A DNA stretch of 64,000 nucleotides from an uncultured Pseudomonadota bacterium (GTDB taxonomy: Bacteria > Pseudomonadota > Gammaproteobacteria > Methylococcales > Methylomonadaceae), in assembly GCA_903847275.1 (NCBI GenBank), contig CAINDC010000196.1, positions 3,884-67,883 on the forward strand, written 5' to 3'. The notes under the pieces were generated by a model, which made no database searches, was not told the origin of the DNA, and worked only from the letters and a program-made list of their open reading frames with translations. The first letter of the stretch is position 1. Every line of letters starts with the position of its first letter. A program made the position numbers and the translations under genes. This document shows positions 53,896-62,378 of this stretch, in pieces.

Positions 53896-54813
53896 TTAAG
53901 ACGATGCTTGAGTAGATTTAATATATTCACGCGCGACTTCAAAAGCGTGTTCAAAATGTAAATAAATGGGTTTAATACTTACAATCATGCGTTTTAATAA
54001 CAAATTTTGGGTTTGATATTTCACATTACCAATCGCTAATGCACCAATACCCACCGCGCCACTCGTTGAACTTTCAATAGCCGCACCATCATGAAACGCA
54101 TCAACTCCTGAAATACCTGCGGGAGGTACAGCATTTACATCAGCAGCGACTTTTAACAGTGATGCAGAAGCAATCAATTCTGCGCTCAATAATTCAATAC
54201 CCGCTGCACCCGTTGCAAACACCACATCTGCTGTTTTGATATATTCGCCTTTATCAGCATCTGCGCCTGCAAGAATGTTAGTTTGACCTTCACCAAACTC
54301 ACTGTTACACAAATCGGCAATGTGTTGCGCCTTTTCTAATTGACGACCAACAATGCGAACGTTTGCGCCTGCTTTTGCTGCAATAACAGCAGCAGCTTGA
54401 CCGACAGGACCCGTGCCACCTAACGCCAAAATATTTTTGCCTTCAAGCGTCGTATTAAATTTAGTTTTTAATTCGCGTTCGATGATAGCCACCATTGCAG
54501 CAGCAGTCGTAAATGCACCACTTGGATCAGCAAAAACAGACACTTCAAAAGGCGGAATCATTGAGCGTTTCGCGATTTTCAACATATCCATCGCTTGTTT
54601 CGTGTCACGTCCACCGATAAAAATACTGGTGCGTTTTAAGTTTTTGGCACTGCGCGAGAAAATTACATCTTGAACCAAACCTTGAATTTCACTGGCTTCG
54701 ATATTGGTGTACGGAATGGCAGAAATCCAACCTGCATCCATCGCCATATTGACATCAAATGGACTAAGATTTTTAGCGGTGGTGAGCATGTGTAAAATGA
54801 ATGGCTTTTCCAT
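53896..54813 (-). CDS. MtdB/MtdA-family methylene-H4MPT (or H4F) dehydrogenase paralogue (copy 2)
   Basis: 305 aa with the same motif set (ILHMLTTAKNLSPFDVNMAMDAG, FADPSGAFTT, GGTGPVG, DVNAVPPAGI). Diverged from copy 1. SD GGAG upstream. Confidence 0.7.
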   Translation of the reverse strand: MEKPFILHMLTTAKNLSPFDVNMAMDAGWISAIPYTNIEASEIQGLVQDVIFSRSAKNLKRTSIFIGGRDTKQAMDMLKIAKRSMIPPFEVSVFADPSGAFTTAAAMVAIIERELKTKFNTTLEGKNILALGGTGPVGQAAAVIAAKAGANVRIVGRQLEKAQHIADLCNSEFGEGQTNILAGADADKGEYIKTADVVFATGAAGIELLSAELIASASLLKVAADVNAVPPAGISGVDAFHDGAAIESSTSGAVGIGALAIGNVKYQTQNLLLKRMIVSIKPIYLHFEHAFEVAREYIKSTQASS

Positions 54814-55021
54814 GAAAACTCCTGTGTTAAATGAGCTAAACAGTATAAAAGAAAAGGCAAATGATTAAAACCAATTGTGACGTGGGATGGCGGGCAAAAA
54901 AATACCGCATCGAAAATTATGATACGGCATTAAGAAAAGAAGGATGTTTAAGACTCTTTCGCCTAGAGGAGCATTTAAAGAGTGGGCGTATTCTAGTCGC
55001 AAATTTTAACATTGAAAATGT

Positions 55022-55047
55022 GACAAATTGTCGCGTGACAATTTGTC
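55022..55047. other. Perfect 11-bp inverted repeat downstream of rsmA
   Basis: GACAAATTGTC-gcgt-GACAATTTGTC, 13 nt after the rsmA stop. Either a terminator-like hairpin or a protein-binding palindrome. Confidence 0.5.
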
Positions 55048-55059
55048 GCAGAACTTGAA

Positions 55060-55857
55060 TTACAAGGCTTCAACAACTTTTCGACTAACGACATTTGCCA
55101 TCAATGCAAAATCTCTTAAACTGATATTTTCAGCGCGTAAACTCGCATCAATTCCCAGTGCGGTAATTTCAGCTTCTGATAATGAATTTTTTAATGAATT
55201 TCGCAACGTTTTACGACGTTGTGAAAATGCTTCTGTGACGATTTTACCAAGCATTTTTACGTCATCAACTTCAACGGGCGGTTGTGTGTGTGGTACTAAT
55301 CGAACCATTGCCGACATCACTTTCGGAATAGGATTAAAACTTTCTGGCGGTACATCGAACAACCATTCCGTCGCGCAATAATACTGCATCATCACACTCA
55401 AACGCCCGTAAGAATTGCCATTTGGTTTAGCGCAAATACGATTTACCACTTCTTTTTGTAACATAAAAATCATGTCCGCAATGCAATCTGTCGTTTCGAG
55501 CAAATGAAACATCAACGGCGTTGAAATGTTGTATGGTAAATTACCGATAATATGGAGTTTTTCACCTTCAGGCGCGAGTGCCGCGAAATCAAATCGCAAT
55601 GCGTCCGCGCTGTGAATGTTTAAGTTCGTTTGTGCAGCGAATTTATATTCCAACCATTTCACCAAATCACGATCGAGTTCAACTACGTCTAAATGTGTAA
55701 CTTTTTTAAGCAACGGTTCAGTTAATGCGCCCTGCCCTGCACCGATTTCAACCCAACGTTGACCATTGCGAATCATCGCGTTACCGACAATGTTATTGAT
55801 GATATTTTGATCTGTCAGAAAATTCTGACCGAATCGTTTGCGTGCTTGATGCGCCAT
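55060..55857 (-). CDS. rsmA: 16S rRNA (adenine1518/1519-N6)-dimethyltransferase
   Basis: 265 aa. RFGQNFL and VEIGAGQGALT SAM motif. Confidence 0.9.
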   Translation of the reverse strand: MAHQARKRFGQNFLTDQNIINNIVGNAMIRNGQRWVEIGAGQGALTEPLLKKVTHLDVVELDRDLVKWLEYKFAAQTNLNIHSADALRFDFAALAPEGEKLHIIGNLPYNISTPLMFHLLETTDCIADMIFMLQKEVVNRICAKPNGNSYGRLSVMMQYYCATEWLFDVPPESFNPIPKVMSAMVRLVPHTQPPVEVDDVKMLGKIVTEAFSQRRKTLRNSLKNSLSEAEITALGIDASLRAENISLRDFALMANVVSRKVVEAL

Positions 55858-56834
55858 TACGAGTTGCTCATTGTGATTGCTGTTTGCAGTGCGTATTGCA
55901 AACTGCCCAAATCCGCTTTATTTGTCCCAGCCAAATCTAATGCTGTTCCGTGATCAACAGATGTACGAATAATCGGCAAACCGAGTGTGACATTAACCGC
56001 TTTACCGAAACCTTTGTATTTCAAAACGGGTAATCCTTGATCGTGATACATTGCCAAAACTGCGTCAGCATCTTGTAAATATTTATTCGTGAATAACGTA
56101 TCAGCAGGTAACGCGCCTTCTAAATCCATACCTTCGGCACGAAGTTTTTCTAAAATTGGATTGATAATGTCGATTTCTTCGCGCCCCAAATAACCGTTTT
56201 CACCCGCGTGTGGATTCAAGCCGCACACTAAAATTTTCGGTTGTTCGATATGAAAACGTGTTTTTAAATCACGATGTAAAATTCGTAACGTTTTTTCGAT
56301 GAGTTCAGGCGTAATCGCTGCGCTAACTTTTGATAATGGCAAATGTGTTGTGGCTAATGCCACACGCAAACCTTCTGTCGCCAACATCATTACAGGGTGT
56401 CCGCCCGTTTGTTCGGCAATATATTCCGTGTGACCTGTGAATGCAAAACCCGCTTCGTTAATCACACCTTTATGAACGGGAGCCGTGACCATTGCTGCAA
56501 ATGTTTTATTTAAACAACCTTGTGTGGCACGATCTAAAAGCTCAAGAACATAGTGACTATTTTCACGATTCAACACGCCAGCTTCTACAGGAACTTTCAA
56601 GGCGACAGGCAAAATTGTTAAATGTCCACACGGCAAAATTGTTTTCGGTTTGCTTGGGTCGAAATGATGCAGCGTGAGAGGTAAATTCAATTTTTTGGCA
56701 CGTTGTTGAAGTAATTCAGCATCGGCTAAAACAATTAATTCGCACGCTGGCAAAAGATTCTGAACCAATCGAATACACAAATCTACACCAATGCCAGCAG
56801 GTTCACCAGCGGTTAAAGCAATGCGTGGCAACAT
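55857..56834 (-). CDS. pdxA: 4-hydroxythreonine-4-phosphate dehydrogenase
   Basis: 325 aa. GEPAGIG, TGHTEY and NPHAGE motifs. 1-nt overlaps with ispG and rsmA. Confidence 0.9.
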   Translation of the reverse strand: MLPRIALTAGEPAGIGVDLCIRLVQNLLPACELIVLADAELLQQRAKKLNLPLTLHHFDPSKPKTILPCGHLTILPVALKVPVEAGVLNRENSHYVLELLDRATQGCLNKTFAAMVTAPVHKGVINEAGFAFTGHTEYIAEQTGGHPVMMLATEGLRVALATTHLPLSKVSAAITPELIEKTLRILHRDLKTRFHIEQPKILVCGLNPHAGENGYLGREEIDIINPILEKLRAEGMDLEGALPADTLFTNKYLQDADAVLAMYHDQGLPVLKYKGFGKAVNVTLGLPIIRTSVDHGTALDLAGTNKADLGSLQYALQTAITMSNS

Positions 56835-58057
56835 TATTCAGATTTCCCATAATGTGTTTCGATGTAGCGTTCAACAATCGCTTGAAATTCTTCGGCAATG
56901 AAATCGCCTTTTAACGTCACCGTTTTTTCACCGTCTTCATAAACAGGTGCAACAGGTGATTCACCCGTACCAGGTAAACTGATGCCGATATTTGCGTTTT
57001 TGCTTTCACCAGGTCCATTCACAACGCAACCCATCACTGCAACTTCCATTGATTCAACGCCCGCGTATTTTTCACGCCAAACAGGCATTTGATCACGCAA
57101 AAAAGTTTGAATGTTTAACGCTAATTTTTGGAAATAATCGCTCGTTGTGCGCCCACAACCTGGGCAAGAAATGACCATCGGTGTAAATGCTCGAAAACCC
57201 ATAGTTTGCAAAATTTCTTGTCCAACAATCACTTCTTGTGTGCGTGACGTTCCTGGTTCTGGCGTAAGTGAAATCCGAATCGTATCGCCAATACCTTGTT
57301 GCATTAGTACAGATAACGCCGCTGCCGATGACACAATACCTTTTGAACCCATGCCCGCTTCAGTCAAACCTAAATGCAGCGCGTAATCACAACGTGACGA
57401 CAAATCTTCATAAATCGAAATCAATTCTTGAACGTTGCTAATTTTGCACGACAGAATAATTTTATCTTTACCAAGTCCAATTTCTTCCGCTTTCGCGGCA
57501 CTTTCTAACGCAGATAAAACAATCGCTTTTCGTGCTACAGCCCCTAGCGGTTCGGGTTGAGCAAGTTGACGATTTTCATCGAGTAAACGTGTTAAAACCG
57601 ATTGATCCAAACTGCCACCATTCACACCGATTCGCACGGGTTTATTGTATTGGCACGCAAATTCAATCATTTGTTGAAATTGTGGGTCACGCGATTTTCC
57701 GCGTCCGACATTACCTGGATTGATGCGGTATTTATCTAACGCCGCCGCACAATCAGGATATTTTTCGAGTAATTTATGTCCGTTAAAATGAAAATCTCCA
57801 ACAATCGGCACGAAACAACTTTTAGCTACTAATTGTTCTTTAATTGACGTTACGGCAGCTGCCGCGTCTTCAGAATTGACCGTAATTCGCACCATTTCTG
57901 AACCCGCTTTCGCCAATTCCATGATTTGATTAACGGTTGCTTTGATGTTGACTGTGTCAGTGTTTGTCATGGATTGCACCACAATGGGTGCGCCGCCGCC
58001 AACCTTTACATTGCCGACTAAAACTTGTTGAGTGATTTTTCTGAGGCGTTTGGACAT
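56834..58057 (-). CDS. ispG: 4-hydroxy-3-methylbut-2-en-1-yl diphosphate synthase
   Basis: Start trimmed to [28 protein letters not shown] and GCVVNGPGE Fe-S Cys motifs. Confidence 0.9.
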   Translation of the reverse strand: MSKRLRKITQQVLVGNVKVGGGAPIVVQSMTNTDTVNIKATVNQIMELAKAGSEMVRITVNSEDAAAAVTSIKEQLVAKSCFVPIVGDFHFNGHKLLEKYPDCAAALDKYRINPGNVGRGKSRDPQFQQMIEFACQYNKPVRIGVNGGSLDQSVLTRLLDENRQLAQPEPLGAVARKAIVLSALESAAKAEEIGLGKDKIILSCKISNVQELISIYEDLSSRCDYALHLGLTEAGMGSKGIVSSAAALSVLMQQGIGDTIRISLTPEPGTSRTQEVIVGQEILQTMGFRAFTPMVISCPGCGRTTSDYFQKLALNIQTFLRDQMPVWREKYAGVESMEVAVMGCVVNGPGESKNANIGISLPGTGESPVAPVYEDGEKTVTLKGDFIAEEFQAIVERYIETHYGKSE

Positions 58058-58148
58058 AATGAAATTAAATAAAATTAAGAATGGTAATAATTGTACAGGC
58101 AATTGCTATTTTTTTGTTCTGTGACACACGGTTTATAAACAATCAAAA

Positions 58149-58619
58149 TTAACCTGATTTTTGCATTTTTTTAATAGACACAATGCACTCATCATTTTGC
58201 TCTGCGTTACGACGTTCATCACCTTTTGCCATTAAATCTGCCAATGTAATATTCGATAAATAACCATAAATATGCTCGCTTAATCCCGTCCACAAATCAT
58301 GTGTCAAACACATACTTTCGTGTTGGCAATTAGCTTCACCCGCGCATTTGCGAGAATCAATCGATTCATTCACTGCTTCAATAACTTGTGCGACACTAAT
58401 TTTTTGTGGATTTTGACTGAGTTGGTACCCACCTCCAGGACCACGAACGCCTCGCACAATATTCGCTTTTCGCAATCGTGCAAAAAGTTGTTCTAAATAC
58501 GATAATGAAATTGTTTGTCGCGCTGCAATTTCAGTCAGCGTGACTGGTTTTTCTTGACTATTAAATGCTAAATCAAGCATCGCCGTTACAGCGTAACGAC
58601 CTTTTGTAGTTAAACGCAC
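58149..58619 (-). CDS. iscR: Rrf2-family [2Fe-2S] transcriptional regulator, IscR type
   Basis: GTG start (V34 of the track ORF) with AAGGA 7 nt upstream. (M)RLTTKGRYAVTAMLDL HTH. C-x5-C-x5-C-x2-H cluster ligands (CAGEANCQHESMCLTH). Confidence 0.8.
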   Translation of the reverse strand: MRLTTKGRYAVTAMLDLAFNSQEKPVTLTEIAARQTISLSYLEQLFARLRKANIVRGVRGPGGGYQLSQNPQKISVAQVIEAVNESIDSRKCAGEANCQHESMCLTHDLWTGLSEHIYGYLSNITLADLMAKGDERRNAEQNDECIVSIKKMQKSG

Positions 58620-58704
58620 AGTAAAATCCTTAGTAAAAATATGGAGAATTATGTTTAATATACTTAACCTAGCAAAATAGTCAACTATTGAACTATTGAA
58701 CCGA

Positions 58705-60087
58705 TTACACATCGACACTGTTTAATTGATATTTTTTTACTCGATAACGCAATGTTTCACGAGTGGTACCCAAATCTCGTGCCGCTGCAGTCAAATTATT
58801 TTCGGCACGTTCCAATGCCGTTTTGATAATAAATTTATCCATATCATCTAACGCCATGCTTCCATCGAGTGGCAAATGAATATGTGTACCATCTGCCGTC
58901 ACTTTTTCAGCGGACTTTCCAAGCTGTAACCATTGTTCTGGAAACGCAGAACCTTCGGCAAATAAAACGCAGCGTTCAATAACATTTCTTAATTCCCGCA
59001 CATTTCCACGCCAATCATGCGCTTTGAGTTTTTGCCAAACTTCGTTGGGTATTTGTTTAACGTGTTGACCTGCTTTCGCGTTGTATTCGGCGATAAATAA
59101 CGGCACGAGTTCATCTAAATCTTCAATAGCATCACGCAACGGCGGTAAATTGACCCGAAAAACATTTAAACGATGATACAAATCCGCCCGAAATGTTCCT
59201 GCTTGCGCCATATTTTCTAAATCTCGATTACTTGCCGCGATAATTTGCACATCAACGCTGATTTCTTTTTCGCTGCCGAGTCGGCGAACTTTGTGATCTT
59301 CGATAACTTTTAATAATTTCGCTTGAAGTTCTAATGGCATTTCGCCAATTTCGTCCATGAATAATGTGCCGCCGTCCGCTTGTTCTAATAAGCCTCGATG
59401 ACGACCTGTCGCCCCTGTAAATGCGCCTGCTTCGTGACCAAAAAGTTCTGATTCTAAAAGTTCACGCGGTAATGCGGCACAATTTACTTCAATCATAGGC
59501 TGAACTGCACGCGACCCACCATAATGTAAAATTCGTGCAATGAGTCCTTTGCCTGTTCCCGTTTCGCCCCCAATAATTAATGCACTAAAGGGAACTTTCG
59601 TGAGCTTCGTTAACAGTTGCCGAACCGCTTTCGCTTGTGAACTCTCGCCCACAAAAGCTTCGGGTGAATACCGTCGATGACCTTGTTTAGTTTGGTCGAT
59701 AACCCGACGAGACATTGATGCGCTGCGTGACGCGCTGGTAACAACCAAATCGAGACGGTCTAAATCGCAAGGTTTTTCTAAAAAATCATAAGCTCCCAAA
59801 CGCAATGCTCGTACCGAATCAGGCACATTTCCGTAACCCGTTAAAAATATCCATTCGGCAATACTGACTTGTTTTTTCATGGATTCCATAAAATCCAATG
59901 CGTTACCATCAGGTAAGTTCATATCTGATAAAATCAGCAACGGCTCAACCGTTTTTGAAATTAAAAGCTCTCGCGCCTCACTTAACGTGGTGATTAAAAC
60001 AACTTCCCAGCCCATTTGTTTGTAATGTCGCGACAATTCCAATCCAAGCAGTTTTTCATCTTCAATTATTAACAGCGTTTTTATCAT
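58705..60087 (-). CDS. Sigma-54-dependent response regulator (REC-AAA+-HTH), canonical
   Basis: 460 aa. Receiver Asp in ILSDMNLPDG, Walker A GETGTGKG, intact GAFTGA (HEAGAFTGATG), Walker B LFMDEIGEM. Confidence 0.9.
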   Translation of the reverse strand: MIKTLLIIEDEKLLGLELSRHYKQMGWEVVLITTLSEARELLISKTVEPLLILSDMNLPDGNALDFMESMKKQVSIAEWIFLTGYGNVPDSVRALRLGAYDFLEKPCDLDRLDLVVTSASRSASMSRRVIDQTKQGHRRYSPEAFVGESSQAKAVRQLLTKLTKVPFSALIIGGETGTGKGLIARILHYGGSRAVQPMIEVNCAALPRELLESELFGHEAGAFTGATGRHRGLLEQADGGTLFMDEIGEMPLELQAKLLKVIEDHKVRRLGSEKEISVDVQIIAASNRDLENMAQAGTFRADLYHRLNVFRVNLPPLRDAIEDLDELVPLFIAEYNAKAGQHVKQIPNEVWQKLKAHDWRGNVRELRNVIERCVLFAEGSAFPEQWLQLGKSAEKVTADGTHIHLPLDGSMALDDMDKFIIKTALERAENNLTAAARDLGTTRETLRYRVKKYQLNSVDV

Positions 60088-61526
60088 TACTTTGTCCTAT
60101 TAAACTGATTCGGCAAAATCACCGTTACCACCGCGCCATCGTTATTACCCAGCGTTAAAACACCGTGATTATCTTTCACAAATCGTTGCACCATCGCCAA
60201 ACCTAATCCCGTCCCACGTTCACGACTGGTACGAAACGGGCGAATGCCATAATCTAACCATTCTTGTGCGAAACCCTGTCCGTTGTCGTGAACTTGAATT
60301 TGTAATTCGTCACCATTTTTACTTGCTGAAATTAAAATATCACCGCTTTTTCCTTCCAACGCATCAGCCGCATTAAGTAATAAATTCAATAACGCCTGAC
60401 GCAAACCACTTTCTGGCAAACAAACGAACAATGTTTCTGGAGTCGTAAATTGCAGATTAAGATTTTCAGAAATTTGATAACGCACCAACGTCACAAGATC
60501 GCGAATTAACACGCTCAAATCAAAACGACTCGGAATTTCGGGTGTATGTTTACTGGCGTTAAGCATTTCATTTAATAATTTTGCCAAACGTTTTAATTCA
60601 CTATCAATCAGCTCCAAACGTTCACATTGATTTTCGTTGTCGATTTCACGGCGCAAATTTTTAAATGCCATTTGAATTCCAGCCAATGGATTCCGAATTT
60701 CATGCGCTAATTCTGCTGATACTTCACCAATTGCTGCCAACCGTTCGGCACGAGCCAAACTATGTTGTTGTTCCAATAATGCTTGTGTCGCTAAACGCAC
60801 TTCTCGCTGCAACGATTGAGCATACTCTCGTTTAGTTTCTTCTAGTTCTGTTAAATGCTTCACCATCCCGTTGTAACTATAAAAAACGGGCAGCAATAAT
60901 GGATCAATGCGTTTGGTTGCAATCGGTGTGTAATTTTCGTCGGAAAGATGCTCTAAAAGTTCCCGCAAATCGTTTAATGGATGCAAAATTCGACGTTTTA
61001 AAAATAAAATCGCACCACTCAAAATCGTCGCAAACATTAACAACGCGATATATAACTCAGATTCTGTATCGATGTTAATGCCTTCAAGCATTTGTTCACG
61101 TTGCAACGTTTCGCTATCCAAAATTTCACTCATCGATTTTAAAACTTGAATCAAACTTTGTTGTTGCTGATTTTTATCGAGGCTTTTACTTTGCGCGAGT
61201 AAAGAACGCACCGTTTCTAAATGCTGACGTGTTTCTGTAGATAAATAATCACGGTCGGACATTAAACCGTCTATTTCCAATAGTAACGTCGTCAATAATT
61301 GCGGTGATAAGTTTCGGTCTTTATCATTCATGCGAGCAATAACAGCTTGTTGAAAATCTATCGACACATTTTGAATTCGGTGCGAATAATTGACGTAAGA
61401 AATAGCCGTGTTGAAATGATGATGTGTACGCCAAATCATACCGCCTAAAATACCAACTGCCAGAAGCAATAAACCTAAAAAAGCCAGTCCGCGTAATCTA
61501 GCTAAACGATAAGAAATAGAAGTCAT
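60087..61526 (-). CDS. Membrane sensor histidine kinase (2 TM, periplasmic sensor domain)
   Basis: 479 aa. H-box AELAHEIRNPLAGI and G-box GTGLGLAM. 1-nt overlap with the regulator gene. Confidence 0.85.
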   Translation of the reverse strand: MTSISYRLARLRGLAFLGLLLLAVGILGGMIWRTHHHFNTAISYVNYSHRIQNVSIDFQQAVIARMNDKDRNLSPQLLTTLLLEIDGLMSDRDYLSTETRQHLETVRSLLAQSKSLDKNQQQQSLIQVLKSMSEILDSETLQREQMLEGINIDTESELYIALLMFATILSGAILFLKRRILHPLNDLRELLEHLSDENYTPIATKRIDPLLLPVFYSYNGMVKHLTELEETKREYAQSLQREVRLATQALLEQQHSLARAERLAAIGEVSAELAHEIRNPLAGIQMAFKNLRREIDNENQCERLELIDSELKRLAKLLNEMLNASKHTPEIPSRFDLSVLIRDLVTLVRYQISENLNLQFTTPETLFVCLPESGLRQALLNLLLNAADALEGKSGDILISASKNGDELQIQVHDNGQGFAQEWLDYGIRPFRTSRERGTGLGLAMVQRFVKDNHGVLTLGNNDGAVVTVILPNQFNRTK

Positions 61527-61556
61527 AAAACCTGCTGCATATAAAAATAAATTCGT

Positions 61557-62300
61557 TTATTTATGGAATTTTGGAATCCACATTTGATAAAGACTCAATA
61601 AAATCTGCATTCCCATTGAAATCCCCATTAACGCGCCACTTAAAATAACAACGTAAGCAAATTCAGGAATCGTTTTTGTAATAAACCATGACAACACGTC
61701 GAGCAACATCGCGGCGAATGGAACAACCATTGCAATACGTTTTACATAGATGTTTATTTCACACAACAAGAAAATTTTACCAATAAAAAATAAGATGAAC
61801 GCAATACCAAATAAATGAATGTGTGACACACGAATCAATGTCGGAATTGTCGCACCACCAGGTTTAGCAACTTCTGAAACACCTTCATAATTCGTCAAAT
61901 TGGGTAACGATGGATTGATAGTTGGCGTGTGACACATAATGCAATCACGATTCAAAATCGGTGCGATAGTGTCTTCATAAGCCGATTCAGACGCGCCACT
62001 ATGAATCCAACGCAAAATCACATCTTGGTCACTTTTGATTTTTAGGTTAGAAGCCATAATGCCTTTAACCGCCGTTCCTAAACGAGTTTGATTTGTCGAA
62101 CCATAATAACTAATTACGACATCTTCCACTGAAAGTCCTGCTTTGCCATCTAAACCTTGATGCGTGTAATACATATTCGCTAACGCTGCTAAATATCCCA
62201 AACCAATCGTCAGCAAAAAAACAGTATTCAAAATTCGTTCACTAATCGAAATATCTTTGAAGCGAATAAAGCGTTTTTCACCAATCATTCTGTCAGCCAT
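61557..62300 (-). CDS. Uncharacterised 4-TM inner-membrane protein with a periplasmic CXXCH motif
   Basis: 247 aa. TM1 ILNTVFLLTIGLGYLAALA, a ~110-aa loop containing CIMCH, then three TM segments (the first carries SHIHLFG). Confidence 0.6.
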   Translation of the reverse strand: MADRMIGEKRFIRFKDISISERILNTVFLLTIGLGYLAALANMYYTHQGLDGKAGLSVEDVVISYYGSTNQTRLGTAVKGIMASNLKIKSDQDVILRWIHSGASESAYEDTIAPILNRDCIMCHTPTINPSLPNLTNYEGVSEVAKPGGATIPTLIRVSHIHLFGIAFILFFIGKIFLLCEINIYVKRIAMVVPFAAMLLDVLSWFITKTIPEFAYVVILSGALMGISMGMQILLSLYQMWIPKFHK

Positions 62301-62322
62301 AATCTGTAATCCCTAAAAAAGA

Positions 62323-62353
62323 AAGGCGTTCAAAATCTGCTTTTGAACGCCTT
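62323..62353 (-). terminator. Strong Rho-independent terminator/attenuator after the cytochrome-porin gene
   Basis: Perfect 13-bp stem AAGGCGTTCAAAA/TTTTGAACGCCTT with a 5-nt loop, followed on the minus strand by TCTTTTTT. Confidence 0.75.
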
Positions 62354-62378
62354 CAGAAATAATAAACGTTGGGCGAAT

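Noticed and set aside
54861-55058. 65-aa ORF in the rsmA / mtdB-like intergenic region
   Set aside because: No SD and no recognisable sequence features. It overlaps the inverted repeat and the likely promoter region. Treated as non-coding.
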